From NCBI RefSeq assembly GCF_964355755.1, contig NC_092674.1, positions 14,198,001-14,262,000 of the forward strand: DNA of 64,000 nucleotides. Reading direction: 5' to 3'. This stretch comes from Antedon mediterranea (lineage: Eukaryota > Animalia > Echinodermata). The notes under the pieces are model-generated. The model worked only from the letters and a program-made list of their open reading frames with translations. It did not search any database and had not been told where the DNA came from. The translations under genes and the position numbers were made by a program. The number at the start of each line of letters is the position of its first letter. The stretch's first letter is position 1. Positions 13,519 through 26,962 of this stretch are shown here, piece after piece.

Positions 13519-14165
13519 TGTAATGATATGGAAGTTATTGAGTATTGAGGGCGCTACGTAGTCATTCTGAAATTGGAATACAGGCGACACTGTGTGATAT
13601 AAGGCCGTGCGTAAGCAGAGCGGGTCTTTTGTTTGTTGTGTTTCAGGCTCTCGCTATGTTACAGTTCTGATATAAGGCTGTGCGGGTTCTTTTGTTTGTT
13701 GTGTCCAAGCTCTAATTGTTATGTTCTTATTTTGTAAGTACTAAGCTTAACTTGTATATATGTATAAGCAACTGATTTACCATTATGTTAACTATAATCA
13801 TGCTTACAATTAATTAATTATAATTGCATTTACAATATTTATCTTAGTTTTGCTCGATCAGGAGTTATAACGAGTTGATGCTGTGTCATACGTTTGGTGT
13901 TGTACAGTATAACTTGAGGTACTATTATATTGTGATTGTTCGTTGTTGGATTGGTGTTGTGAATTATTACATTATTACTTATTTATATAATTGACTGTAA
14001 GATACAGTGGTTGTTATTTGTTTATTAATATTGTGTAGGGCTTGAATTCTTGTACTTTAAATGATTTGTATAATAATTTGATGCTGGAGTACAATACGAA
14101 TTAATAAATTGGACTGAAGAAAAGAATCAAAGTGTATTCTTCTTTATTTGTTTGAAACCACGACA
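13519..14165 (+). mobile_element. Solo LTR (Gypsy-like)
   Basis: TGT...ACA ends, TTAA duplicated on both sides (13515-13518, 14166-14169), AATAAA at 14103. Absent from the paralogous sites near 49745 and 59630. Confidence 0.75.
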
Positions 14166-15570
14166 TTAATCTTATGAGAGTTAGTTGTATAGGAACAATA
14201 TTACTTTCTTAACATTTTATAATAAAAATAAATTCCCCTTGATAGAAACAAGTACAATACCGTGTTTGATATTATCAAGAAGTGATAATAGTAAACAATT
14301 GTATGAATATGCTTGGTAAATAAATATACATAGCAGTTAATGAATTATTCAACAACAAGTATAATTGTGTTTGTTTTATAATACAATATTGTGTGTATAA
14401 ATGTACGTGGCGGAGCGTTTATTAGAGGGTGGAGGTGATGTTTTTTTGGGGAGGGGCGTTTATTCAAATAATTGCAGTAGGCTTAATTGGTATAATCAAT
14501 ATATTATTTTAGTTCAAATCAAACACCAAATAATGACAATCATCAGTGGGCCGTTAATAAGAAACACGTTTTAAACGACCTGCAACATGGGCCAAAGCAC
14601 CCGGGTCTCAATGGCGATGATGTACAATGCAGATAGCGCGCAATCTGTTCAAACCTAACAGCAATTCAACAACTCTGGTACCATTCGGCCATATACCATA
14701 TACTGATTTTACAATTTTCACTGCAAAATACTTCCAATGATTTTTTAATATAATGCATTTGTTTTTTGTTTTTTTGTTTTTTGTTTGTTTGTTTTTTGTT
14801 TTTTTGTTTTTTGCAGTATAATTTCATTTTGTTTAAACTACAGGCGTGGCCCGTGAAAAAAACCCCAAAATATATGTTTCGCCCTCAACGGCAAATATTG
14901 GATGAGTGCAAAACCTAAATCAACCCGGAAATCACCTTTATACCATGGACGGTTGAAAATCTGCCAATGAAATCAGAAATGTTGTTTTAAAACCTTTTAT
15001 AATATATGCCTAAGAGAGAAACATTATTTAAATCTAAGTTTCATCTGAGATAAATAAGGTAGGTATGCAAGACGGAAATCATTTTCCATTGTGCTTAGAA
15101 GTAATTATAATTTAAATATAGACACGCTAACGTTGACATCGTGGAGCACATTTAGCTCGTAGAATCATGCACGTGCACATATAGCGCATCGCGTTGGTAA
15201 GTCACAAACATTATTAGTGAAATGTACAACATTGTAGTAATAGTTATTAATTATAAAGGTTATGAAATAATCAAATTAAACAAGATAGGGTCTATCCTTA
15301 CACGTACAAAAAAAACCAGTTATCTAACAACACGTCCTTACTTTAGCAACTGAAAGAACGAATTATTATATTATGCTTAATTCTTGAATATGAATACACA
15401 ATGTAAAACGCATAACACCAACTCCGTGTCGGTTCTTACCCTAGCTGTTCCATGTGTATAATGTCTTTGAAAAGATAGTATTAAGGTTTTTAATGTCTGA
15501 TGACATCGGTAGACTGTTAACAGTCGGCTTTAAAGAGTTCGTTATCACTTTGCGATTTCCGGGTTACAAC

Positions 15571-15965
15571 CAGTGTGACCAGCGGTTGAAATGAAAATAT
15601 GCTAGGTGGCAGCACAAAGTTATGCCAGAATATGCCAGACACAAATACGGCCAAAATAGCACAAAAACAACGTATCTGAGTGCAGTGTATATTTATGTTT
15701 TATGTACCACAAAAGTCGGAAGCAAAAAAATTATTCAGGTTTTCAGCTAAATTATGCTAGATTTAGTACAAATTATGCTATTTTTTTTTTAATTTATGCC
15801 ATATAATATGTTAAACCGTGGTAAATATGCTGTAAAATTGGGTTTTTCAAATTATACCAGATTATGCTAGATTTTCTAAAATTATGCCTAGCATAAATGC
15901 CAGATGGCAGATGGGTCAAAATTATGCCAAATAGCATCGTAATTATGCCAGATTTGGCCACTATG
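15571..15965. mobile_element. hAT-like MITE
   Basis: Imperfect TIRs CAGTGTGACCAG / TTGGCCACTATG, 8-bp TSD GTTACAAC / GTTGCAAC, internal ATTATGCYA repeats. Confidence 0.7.
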
Positions 15966-16065
15966 GTTGCAACTACGACTTCGCAGTAGTCACAATAAAA
16001 CCTCTGTATAAAACACGTACAGCTGTCCCACATGTGAACGTTACATGTACATTTTATTTATATTT

Positions 16066-16753
16066 GAGTCAATATATTCCATGGCGTTCCAATTTGTTTT
16101 ATGTACCCAACAATCCGGAAGATTTCTTCTAATCTGCACGAAATCACCGAAAAACAGCTATTTTTTTGAGGTTTTTTCAATGTAACTTTCTTATTAATTG
16201 ACCGATTTTTATGGCTGTTTCGACATTGTAATGCCTAATTAAGTACCTACAATGTCATGTTATTTTTAATTTAAACAAACTTTAAACGTCGTCGGCATTG
16301 ATTTTTAAAGTTAGACGATTTGAAAATTGCCCTGTGTTAAAGAATAAGCTTGTTTTGTCAATTTGTTGAGATTTCTACATAAACGTTCATAACGTTTGAC
16401 CTAGTTATCCAATGATATTGGCTGTTCCTTCATGCAAAAGCTAATCAATCAAGCTTTCTAATGACCTTAAGTAAAATGTGATTGGTTCTTCGGCTAGTGT
16501 TAAAGGAGAGGCGAGAATTTTCGAAGTCGCCAAACCTTTCCTTAGCAGTCAGAACGTAACGTTAAAACTAAAATTACAGTTGCTGAAAAACTAATCCAAT
16601 TTTTTTCACAAAATGCAAAAGTTATTATCCCTTATTTTTAGTATGTAAATGTATTTAAGATTAGGGTACAGGATTCTTTATATAAGTAGTTTTAAAACAC
16701 TTGGTTTATTTGAAAACCACCAGCGTGGTTTTGCCGTATTGGCGGACTCGTCC
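16066..16753. mobile_element. Possible Sola-like non-autonomous DNA element
   Basis: ATTT on both flanks; partial terminal inverted similarity GAGTC..AATA / TATT..GACTC. Confidence 0.35.
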
Positions 16754-18330
16754 ATTTTACTAATAGGAATAGGATTGTAGCACATACATAAAACGTTGAA
16801 TTTGACCTATACGGTTTCCATTTCTGTTTTCTAATGTAAAATTAAAATTATATTATTAGTATCTCTATGTAATATATTCACATTGTACTATACTAGTTAG
16901 CATCTACATACCGTTATACTGCACTTTGTTTTGATGATATTTTAATGAAATTGTATACACAGGGAGTTGGTATACCATTGGTTCTACTAAAATTATTATT
17001 ACTTTTATTTGTTTGTGCAATATTTGAAGAGTGCTACAAAAATAGAAATAATTTAAATATACTATATTTAACAGATTAAGTGTACGCACTATGCCTATGG
17101 AACAGATTACCTATCGGACGTAGTTTAGTATGACACATCTGATATTCTATTATTATAATTATTTTGTTTTATTTATTTTAATGCGCCGTGTTCTTTAGAT
17201 CTTTGATTGTATATTGTTTTTCAATAAGCGTGCGGAGGATTCAGGTATTTTCTCTTAGTATTAAAGCGTAACACCGCGGCTTTAAAATGTATATTGCTTA
17301 TTATAAAATATAAACCTTTTAATCAACATTGGTATAACCCTGCCTAATTTTAGACAGCACTCAGGCAAAAGTTTAGTAGCTTCTTTAAAAAAAAGTTGTT
17401 CTATAAGACAATACTACAGTCTGTACGCGTGTGAAGTGGAACTAATTCGCCTTTAAATACTAGTTTTAAAATATCATAGTTAATTAACCTTTTAAATAGC
17501 TGATAATCAAAGATGTGCGCGCGTGCAAATTAACAATAGAAATTAACATTTATTTACAGAAGCTAACATTATGTTTTCTATTCGAAAAACGTTCTTGTTA
17601 TGGAACACAGTAAGTGATTGGTGTAACTTCACACTAACGATATATTGAAACATTATATTAATTAGTCTCCTTTACATAGACCTTGGTCATATGCGATGAT
17701 TTGAAATTCAGATAAGTTTAGTATTGATATTATGTTACTGAGGTGTAGTAGTCTGCTACATGCAATGTGGATTGTTAAACATTTTAATTTATTGATGATA
17801 CAAAGTACATTATTATTGTAATCGAATTAGTCATGATATACGATGAATTTAAATCAGTGTTTGCATAATGTTATGAGGTATAGTGGTATTATATTATTAT
17901 TGTAACCGAATTAACATTTTTAATGTTTTATAGAATACAAATACTGGTACGTAATGTCCGACACTCCACACTAAACATGGCCATGCATTTAATACTAAAC
18001 ATTGTATTACATTACATGTCAGAATGTTATGACTTACTTTGTATCGAAACTATACTGACCTAAGGAATACATAGACTTTTGTCAAATCATATCCTTTTTT
18101 GTATCGTTGGATAGTTTAGACCCAACCCTAAGTAATATGAAAGCAATATTTAGAAAATAAATATTATATCTATAATCCGAATGTGGATATTGGTATAATA
18201 TGAATAATTAAAGGACTTTCTCTCTGGGCTTCCGAATTAAGTGAAGTAGACATTATTTTATTATGACGTACATTAGTAACGTTTTACCGCTACTTTTAAT
18301 GAAGATAATCATGTAACTACTAATCACCAG

Positions 18331-18487
18331 ATGTAAACAACAAATGCAGCGCATCAGAGGCCGTTTGGATCCGACGAAGAGGAACCCAACCCATCAACAG
18401 AGACGAAGGCGCCCATCAGACACGTGAATGAACCTGTCATTTCTTCAGAAGGATCTGTCCGAGCAGGACAGCGAAATTCCCAAGCAG
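18331..18487 (+). other. Exon-like repeated segment on the plus strand (copies at about 21710-21884 and 36502-36697)
   Basis: GC-richer segment ending at an AG|GTTAGT donor in all three copies. One open frame here (…QRPFGSDEEEPNPSTETKAPIR…) is broken by indels in the other copies. Confidence 0.3.
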
Positions 18488-20158
18488 GTTAGTTTCACTA
18501 ATTGTTTTTTTTTCCGAAAATAATTAATACATTTCACATGCCGTATCGTTACATAAAATGCAGAGTGTACATAATCTCCGCGAAGCCATATTAGTTATGT
18601 CATTAACATGCATACTAGTCTAGGACAAATATCTGAAAAGAGGCCTAGAAATCAAGATAATAATAATAATATTAATAAGATAGGGGAAGTGGAATGCTAC
18701 AGGCAGCCAACATAGCCAAATATTCTATTTAATCTCTTCTGATCACTCTAAGCTTTGTTGACACAATGTTTTGCCTAGACTATAGTCGTCTTATACTAAT
18801 ACCGGTACGTGTAATTTCCACATGATATCACGCTTTTCCGCTAGACAACATCGACCAAAAATCTCATCCCCTCCCCTTAAAACTCATGTCTACTATTCTG
18901 TTGTACCATGATACCATGATACATTTCAACAAACATTCTTGTTTTGAAGATGTCGATATCTTGTCACCTCTGCTTATCATTACTGTCTCAAAATAATCCA
19001 CGTCAACATTGGCAAATGGTGGGGTACCGCATGTTTTGACTTATTTTTCTCTTTTCCTTTATATTTAACTAGCAATTATACCCGCCCCAAGCCGGGTTTC
19101 AAAATTAGTTTAAAGCCTTCTCTGTACATAACACCCGACGCCAGTATCTCCGTATACGCACCAACCTCCACCCCTTAATAACACCCCACACTCTTTCCAG
19201 TGAAGGACAAATTCAATTAAACTTTAGCTTCAAATTGAGAGGGCATACATAATAGCTATGATAGGCATATGGCTTAAGTACGTTGTAAACTATGTAAATG
19301 AGTAGGTGTTATATTGGCTGATAATTAAAATATATAATGTTGATACTGCGGTCCCCCGGTCTTCTTTCTCCTCTCACCATCGCAGCCGCAATTAACAAAC
19401 CTTACCTCCTCCCCTGGACAGTTCAAATAGGCCTAGTAAGTTTTCGTAGTACAATTCAATCATATAGGCCTAGGCTACTTCATTACGCCAGTATTTTCTC
19501 TCCTCTTCCCAACCCACCCCAGAAACCGGGTAATGTTTTTAAGACGGTTCCAGTACAAATTATTTTAGCCATCACTCCCAACCCATAATCCCTCAGTGGC
19601 AGTTTTCAAATGTAGTTTAAAACATTCCCAGTTTCGGTCATGGTGATAGGCCAACATCCTCACCCAAAAATCCCAGCCGTTTCCCAGGAATAATTAAATA
19701 CTGTAACATTTTCCCTCCACAATTCTGGTCAATTTGATAGCCTACTATTCTTAGCCTAAGCAAAATCCCCACTATCCCCAACGCGATTTATTTTTCGTAC
19801 ATAAGTTGGGGACCCCCTCATGAAACGTCACAAAATAAACATGAATAATTCATCAGTTAAATTTTCTTGCTCCGTGTGCACCCAAGCGTATAAAAGAATA
19901 GCGGCGTTTTGTGTGGAATTTTGAAATAATCTGTCATTAGTTTTTGGGTTTTTTTAAATAGAATTTATTACTAAAAAATTACGTGTTAAAATTATAGTTT
20001 CTATTAATACTATTAGGCCTAATTATTAGTCTCTAAAGCTTGTATCTATTCTAGTAGTCTGTGTGGGTGTGTGTGTTACTGTTAGGTAATTGTTATTATT
20101 TTTTTTAATCATACTGAATTATATAGCACCTGTTATTAATAATATTTGTTACACTTAC

Positions 20159-20257
20159 ATTGTTTGGAAGATCCACTTTAGCACCTGCCTTGAGCAAAAT
20201 AGTGCAAACGTCGGTGTGGCCCTTTTCTGCAGCCGCATTTAAAGGTGACCATCCATT
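20159..20257 (-). CDS. Ankyrin-repeat exon NGWSPLNAAAEKGHTDVCTILLKAGAKVDLPNN
   Basis: 99 bp, TTTCAG acceptor, GTAAGT donor, phase 0/0. Not in the ORF track. Confidence 0.9.
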
Positions 20258-20533
20258 CTGAAATAATTACAAACATCATGTTATTGTAGTCTTCTACAAA
20301 AAGCTAATTAATATTGTATTGAAATCAATTCTATGTGATCAAGACAAATTATCTTAAAGGCCAGATGAGGGGAAAGAATTCCTATTATTCTTACATTCCA
20401 ATATCTATATTTTACCCTATGTTTCATAGTTTATGGGATTTTATTTGTAATTGGTCAGATGTTTTGCTCTACTCTGACGTTATTTGTTCTTCATATTAAG
20501 TACATTATTGAGAACACTTTCGCATTCCAAGTA

Positions 20534-20575
20534 GTTCTCGGGTGGGGCTTGAACCCACGACCTCCAGATCGCTGA
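20534..20575 (-). mobile_element. tRNA-derived SINE head fragment
   Basis: GAGGTCGTGGGTTCAAGCCCCACCCGAG is a T-arm/B-box with acceptor-side bases; the 5' half of the tRNA is missing. Confidence 0.6.
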
Positions 20576-20636
20576 TCTTTCGCTGATGGCTAGTGGTTAG
20601 ATTCGAGCCCAAAGTAAGCAGCGGGTACTGTACCAA

Positions 20637-20727
20637 CATGGTTGTAATTGTATTAAACTACTGTGGAGAGCAGGGCAAAACTCCATGACGCAAAGCTACT
20701 CCACAGTAGTTTAATACAATTACAACC
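20637..20727. repeat. Hairpin / short MITE with perfect 29-bp arms
   Basis: GGTTGTAATTGTATTAAACTACTGTGGAG (20640-20668) pairs with 20699-20727. Left end begins CATGG. Absent from the paralogue near 34050. Confidence 0.8.
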
Positions 20728-22640
20728 CCCGATTTAATTTGTGTTACACAAGATTGTTGAAAATAAGCACTTTATTATCAGTCAAATTACACAATAACAT
20801 ATCTATTCTTTTGTACACAACTGTTGTAAATAGAGAGGCATTTTAATTTATTGATGATAAAAAGTTTATTATTATTGTAACCGAATTAGTCATGATATAC
20901 GATGAATTTAAATCAGTGTTTGCATCATGAGGTATAGTAGTATTATATTATTATTAACCGAATTAACATTTTTAAGGTTTTATAGAATATAAATACTGGT
21001 TCGTAATGTCCAACACTCCACACTAAACATGGCCATGCATTTAATACTAAACATTGTATTACATTGAAATGTCAGAATGTTATAATGTACTTGGTATCAA
21101 AACTATACTAAATGACCAAAAGGTGACATACACTTTTGTCAAATCATCTCCTGTTTTGTATCGTTGGATAGATTTTAACTATGAAACTATTTTAACAATA
21201 ATATTGTTTGTACATTATACGTATGATGTTGTAATTGTTTGTTTGTCATTGAAAGTAATGGTAAATGTATAATTTGTATAGTGTCCCATATCGTTTATGA
21301 ACGCGTTATAATTTTGATTCTGTTCTGGTTTTATGTGTAAAAGTGAAGATCAAAATAATTAAAATATTAGAAGTAATCGTGATCTTTGAAATTATAATCA
21401 TGAATATTGTCTCCATGTTAATAATTTAAAGTAATATTTTTTTAAATTTTATATGTCATTTGACCCAGGCCTAAATAATATGAAAAAAAAATCGTTTAAA
21501 AAACAATAGTACATATATATATAATCCGAATGTGCATGTATATTGCTATGATATACATAATTAAATGACTTTCTCTCTGGCCTTCCGATTTAGATGAAGT
21601 AGACATTATTTTATTATGACATACAGTAGTAACGTTCTACCGATATTTTGTATTGAAGATAATCATGTTCCTTTGTAATAAGTGCTACTAATTACCAACA
21701 TCATTGATAGAGAACCAGATGTAAACAACAGACGCATCAGAGGTAATTTAAATCGGACGACGAGGAACCCAAATCATCAACAGAGACAAAGGCGTCCACC
21801 AACTCACATTGGCTCTCTAGAAGTATATCAGTTTAAAAACATATTTTATTCTAAAGGAGCTGTTTCAGCAGGACTGCCAAGCAGGTTAGTTTCGCTAATT
21901 GTTTTTTTTTTCGAAAAGAATGAATAATTCACATGTCGTATCGTTACGTAAAATACAGAATGTACATAATCTCCGCGAAGCCATAACAATTATTTCATTA
22001 CCATGTATATCTCACATCAAGTCGTCTTCTAATACTAATACCGGTACGTGTCATTTTTAATTCCGCTTGACCAACTTATTCGCTTCACACTCAACGTTTC
22101 ATCCCCTCTTCTTAAAAATCTACAATTCTGTTGTACAATTTCAAACATTCTTGTTTTGAAGATGTCGATATCTTGTCGCCCTTGCTTTAATAATTACTGC
22201 CTCGACTGTCAGTACTATGTTATCTAAAACTTCAGTGCCATCCAAAAAACATCTACACTTGCACGCTTACTTTACGCGGAAAATATTCGGACGGTTAGTT
22301 TAACACCTATTTCCCGTTTAAAAGTCGAAACTCATCTCATTGTAAGCTTTAATATCATGTACATAAACACCACTGAATGTGTTTCACACTTGCTATATCA
22401 CTGCATCTCGAACATCTTGACCTGGAGAGGTTCGTCGGAATCCTGTTTGAGCAGAACGATTTATAACAATGACGTCACCTTTATACAATAGGACACCGGT
22501 TTTTGTAGAGAGTTCGAAATAGAAATGGTTAGGTTTGTCAGTGTGTGCTCTAAATTGAGCTGTTTTTACTTCACAATATCAAATACCTCAATTTGTTTGA
22601 AATCTATTTTTTGTTTTTTGCGATCATTGATTGTCTTCAA

Positions 22641-23389
22641 TTTTTAGTCGCGTGGAAACGACTCTATAGTTCACTATGTCGGTCGGTCGGTCGGTCTGTC
22701 GGTCTGTCGGTCCGGTATCACTATGCGTTTTATCGCTTTCTGACCTTATCTTGATATCAGTTTAATCTAGCTAGGTCAATTTTTCATAGTATATTCCTTA
22801 TGGCCAGGAATCAATGTGGTTGTGTTTTCACGGTGCGCAATAAAAAATTACGCGGTCTACGCACGATTTAACGAAATCACGTTTGTAATCATATCTTCAC
22901 AACCATGAATCACAATTAAATAAAATTTGGAACTTATAAATTTCAGGGCATAAATCATCATATGGCAATACAATTACGTGCGTAGCGCATGTAACGCATG
23001 CGTACGCGCGCTTTAAATTTTCAAAATTTATTTTCGATGAAATAAGAGTACATTTTTAAGCGTTTACAAAATTGCCATGAGTGCGCATATTTTTGCGCGT
23101 TAAATGTTGTTGCGTATTCTTTTTGCCCGATTTCTGTTTTCTTGACTTACTTTTCAACTCGAAATTACGTTATACGAGCACGTCAAAAGTGACAGGCTAC
23201 GCACGTGTAAATTAAAAAATATAAATGTTTTTAAACATTTCAACATTTTTAAACATGTTCAGTAATTTCGGTCAGTATAGTTCACTATGTCGGTCGGTTG
23301 GTCGGTCTGTCGGTCTGTCTGTCGGTCTGTCTGTCGGTCCGGTATCACTATGCATTGTAGCACGCGACTTAATGGCTGTTGGCCTTGTT
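22641..23389 (+). mobile_element. Helentron-associated interspersed element (DINE-1/HINE-like)
   Basis: T-run start, subterminal inverted repeat AGTCGCGTG / CACGCGACT, GTCG/GTCT microsatellite blocks, 3' GGCTGTTGGCC hairpin then TTGTT. Confidence 0.75.
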
Positions 23390-25489
23390 AATATTGGTTC
23401 TGATTTTTAAACCATCTTGAGAACAATGTGAGCAGAGTTTGGATTTGATTTACGCATTATCTTTCTGAGCTTAATTGTTGAATCACGTACAGCTATTACT
23501 GCATCGGAAAATTTTGCATATTAAAGTTTAACTAAAATACACCATATAGTACCCTGTGTTATCGGAGAAATATTCGGGAAAATATTACACACCTGTAAGT
23601 GTAAGTGCGCAATCATATTGCTTATAATAACTTTTAAAGCACGCTTCGGTATTGCCAATCGCAATGGTTTAGAGCAGGACGCCAAACTGTAGGATATAGC
23701 TTTAGGATTGGGTGCAAGTAGTGGTGGTAACTGCTGTAACATCAACGGGGCTTAATTTTAACGAGAACACGGGGTAACCACACATTTATCAAGAAACATG
23801 CTCTTGATCATCATTTTTTAAATACGATGTATTTATAATTATATGGACCTCAACAAAATCCATCTAAAGTACCAGCAGCATTGGTTGACAAACCCTTAAT
23901 CTTCGATCACATACTGACCGTCATTAAGCTTTATAACCAGTCACATCAATGAGGAACTTAATTACACACTGCATTGTTTGCAAACTGGTAAGTAATACAA
24001 CCCAACAACACTGTCATGATGTAATTAGGAAAAGAAGGAACAAAAATGGCTTCTTTCATTGAAACATCAATTTTAATTGATGTTTCAATAAAAATACATA
24101 CAGGAGCTATTTTGGCTTGGTATTATGTACAAAAGCCCTAGAAAACATCTTATTTTATTGTTTTAGTTTTCTACAGAAATAATATAACTTTTGATTTCAT
24201 ATTTTAAACACGATATTATTTTGTATTCGAGTATTATAATGCAGTATGTATAATTTTTCAATACAGGTAGTTTTTTTTTTGTCTACTTGCTTAATTTCTG
24301 TTGCAAAACGGTGTGATGGAAATGTTGCTTTCCACGTAAACGTACTGTAAGTGCAGATATTAGAGAGGTTTCGCAATCTTACGAATACGATAACGAAAAC
24401 CTGCTGGAGTTTTGGAGAACCAAGAATGCGTAAAAAAATGATGCTTCGACATGCTTATGCGTGGGCTGAAGACAAAATATTAGTCCTAAATTGAATTGGC
24501 TTGTTTTTATTATAATTTATAGTTTACTTAAAGTTATTATTTACACAATAAGTGAAAATATTTTGCTATAAAATTATGATTACGTTATTGTGAACCTTTT
24601 GTTATCGTTAAATTTATAAACACAGTTCAACAATTGTTAACACATATTTTATTCCTATTCATGTCAATCAAATTTCATTAAACTAAAATGTTTCGATTTC
24701 CCCTTTTTCTACCAAATCGGAATTGGAAAACCTTATTCTTTATGGTAATAATTATTATGTATGTATTATTACACTGTATAATCGATGAAGGAAACATTCA
24801 TGTGTAAATATACAAAAAAAAATATATATATATATATATTCTCATCCGTTTAGTTTATAATTTATTCAGTGTATAGGCTTCACTGGTAATTGTCTTAAAA
24901 TAAGTGCAAAGTACAACAATTTAGACAAAACAGTACGGTATTCAGTACATTCAGTTCCTCAATAACTGTTACGGAGCCTATTTGTACAAAAGATGGTGGA
25001 CCGGTAACGTACACCTTAAACACAGAATGGATCTTATTTTCATTTTGGAGGAGATGGTAATAACAGTCCGTCATCGTTTCAGCAAAGATATCTCCGAGTT
25101 GGAATAAGAAACAACAAAACATATCCATCTAGTGCACTATTTTACGATGAAGTTATGTGGAGAAACCACTGTGATCTACTGTAGCTAAAGTAACCGATAT
25201 TAGCTTCGATGGTTCACTATGGCAAGAAGCATTACTGTTTTTGATGATCAACTTTAGATAGCATGGTAACCAACGTGGTGATGTTGCAACATGTTAAGAT
25301 GCATAGCCCTTAATGATTTATAAGAAGTAGGATTTTCTAAAAAGAAATACTTCAATAAAGAGTCATAATACTGTAGGTTGAAGCCTTGCAAGTACCAACA
25401 CAAAGCGTTACTGGAATTCATCAAATCCACAAGATATAATAATGTTTGTAGTATCAACCTTGACTTCAACTAATGGATGTGCTGTCTAT

Positions 25490-25900
25490 AACGCAAAAGC
25501 TAAATAGACCTATCATCCAACGTCATCTCTAAAGTGAAACTATTTGCCAATTATTGCATTCATAACACAATTCCAAGTACTGAAGACGTTGGAAATTGCA
25601 AACATACTTTGTAAGTGAACGAGAAAAAGATGTTAAAATGCTACTAAATGCTTTTCCGTGAGAGTTAAACACAGGAAGACACCAATCATATACGAACACC
25701 ATCCTTTCTAGTATTTGAACTCAGTCAAGTTAGATTGGTCAACCCATATAAACTAAATCACAAATAAAGCAAACAGAATACTAAGATTGCGCAACATAAA
25801 TCTATATAGTACAATTGTAGTAGGAATATTAAACTATAGCGTATAACTATCTTATTCGACCTTTAAGCTTGAGTAATGTTTTGGCGCTTGGCCAAATCAC
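25490..25900 (+). pseudogene. Highly degenerate non-LTR RT C-terminal remnant
   Basis: Fragments SKVKLFA.., KANRIL, AYNYLIRP..LE with stops and frameshifts. Confidence 0.45.
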
Positions 25901-26926
25901 GAATCGGACATGTACATGCTAATATTTGCAGCTAAACACATAGCACAATAATACGAGGATGCTTCGATGCAACCGTTAGCCTAACAGTTTTTTGATTTTA
26001 TGGATTTTAGCACCGTGACCTCTGACTGCAGTTGATACAAATTGTTGCTCATTGTTTTATTTAGCTTAGATATTATCCTATTATATGCCTAGAAGAATAG
26101 GAGTTAGGCTATGTTATATTATATAGGCCAGGAACTTTGTTAACGTCTGTGTTTTGTATGGTAAATAAACATATGCCCGTATTCTTAAACCGGACTTTAG
26201 TCGTAGTTCGAGCTAAAACTTGATGAATGACATCATTTTAATTCATAAACAAAACTTCAACTAAATCGGCGACAAAATCAGGCCAACCTCGACTCGACGG
26301 ATTTTGATCGATGGCGCAGGCTAAATCGCCGACTAAATGGTATTTAAACGAGGTTTATAAAAAATATAACAGTCGTTGAGTTGTTATATTGGCCAGATAT
26401 TGAAGAATGAAATATCTATTTTTATATTAGTTGAATTAAATATGCATTGATATAATGTTGATGCAAATCATGTTTATTTACAACCGTATACAAATTACAT
26501 AATTTTCTTCGCGCAAGTCCGCGATGGAACGTTTATAGCGTTTTCTTGTCACGCTATGAAGTACGTGATTCGTCGCGATCATACTTTGTTGGAGGCCTAT
26601 AAAATATGCAAGGTTTTGTTTGTTGTTAATGAAAAGTACTTTACTTTTAAATTAATACTGATCTTGTTTCTATAATAAACTATTAAGATTATTTTTCATG
26701 TATAGTCCTGATGCGTAAAACGTTTTGTTATAACAAAAACATCTACCCTTGCGCGTGTACTTTTCGCGGAAAATATTTGGACGTTTAGCTTAGCACATAA
26801 ATTCTGATTAAAAGTATAAATTCGCACTACAGTGTGCTGCATCGACGGTCAAAAATAACCGTTGAACAAAAGGTCATGTAGCTAGATCATTACGTAATCT
26901 TCAACACGCCCGTTAATTAATAGAAC

Positions 26927-26962
26927 CATGGAGAAATAAAGTAGCTATCTTTTTTCTCCATG
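26927..26962. mobile_element. 36-bp palindromic mini-element with 7-bp TSD
   Basis: CATGGAGAAA...TTTCTCCATG flanked by ATAGAAC on both sides. Confidence 0.75.

Larger units (their letters stand above)
4399..14630 (+). repeat. Segmental duplication copy A (paralogous to 42628-50570)
   Basis: Near-identical collinear blocks, e.g. 4399-5032 = 42628-43268, 9434-11147 = 43271-44945, 12740-13500 = 48995-49740. Confidence 0.9.

Noticed and set aside
15438-15570. Possible minus-strand first exon (CCGGAAAT motif, ATG GAA CAG CTA GG|GTAAG)
   Set aside because: Only 14 coding bases and no identifiable downstream exon; not supportable.
20534-20575. tRNA gene
   Set aside because: Only the T-arm and 3' side are present, with no D-arm or A-box; it fits a SINE fragment.
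24362-24400. AGAGAGGTTTCGC as partner TIR of the Harbinger end at 3434
   Set aside because: The two ends face outward rather than enclosing an element and diverge after 13 bp; probably a solo end of a related family.
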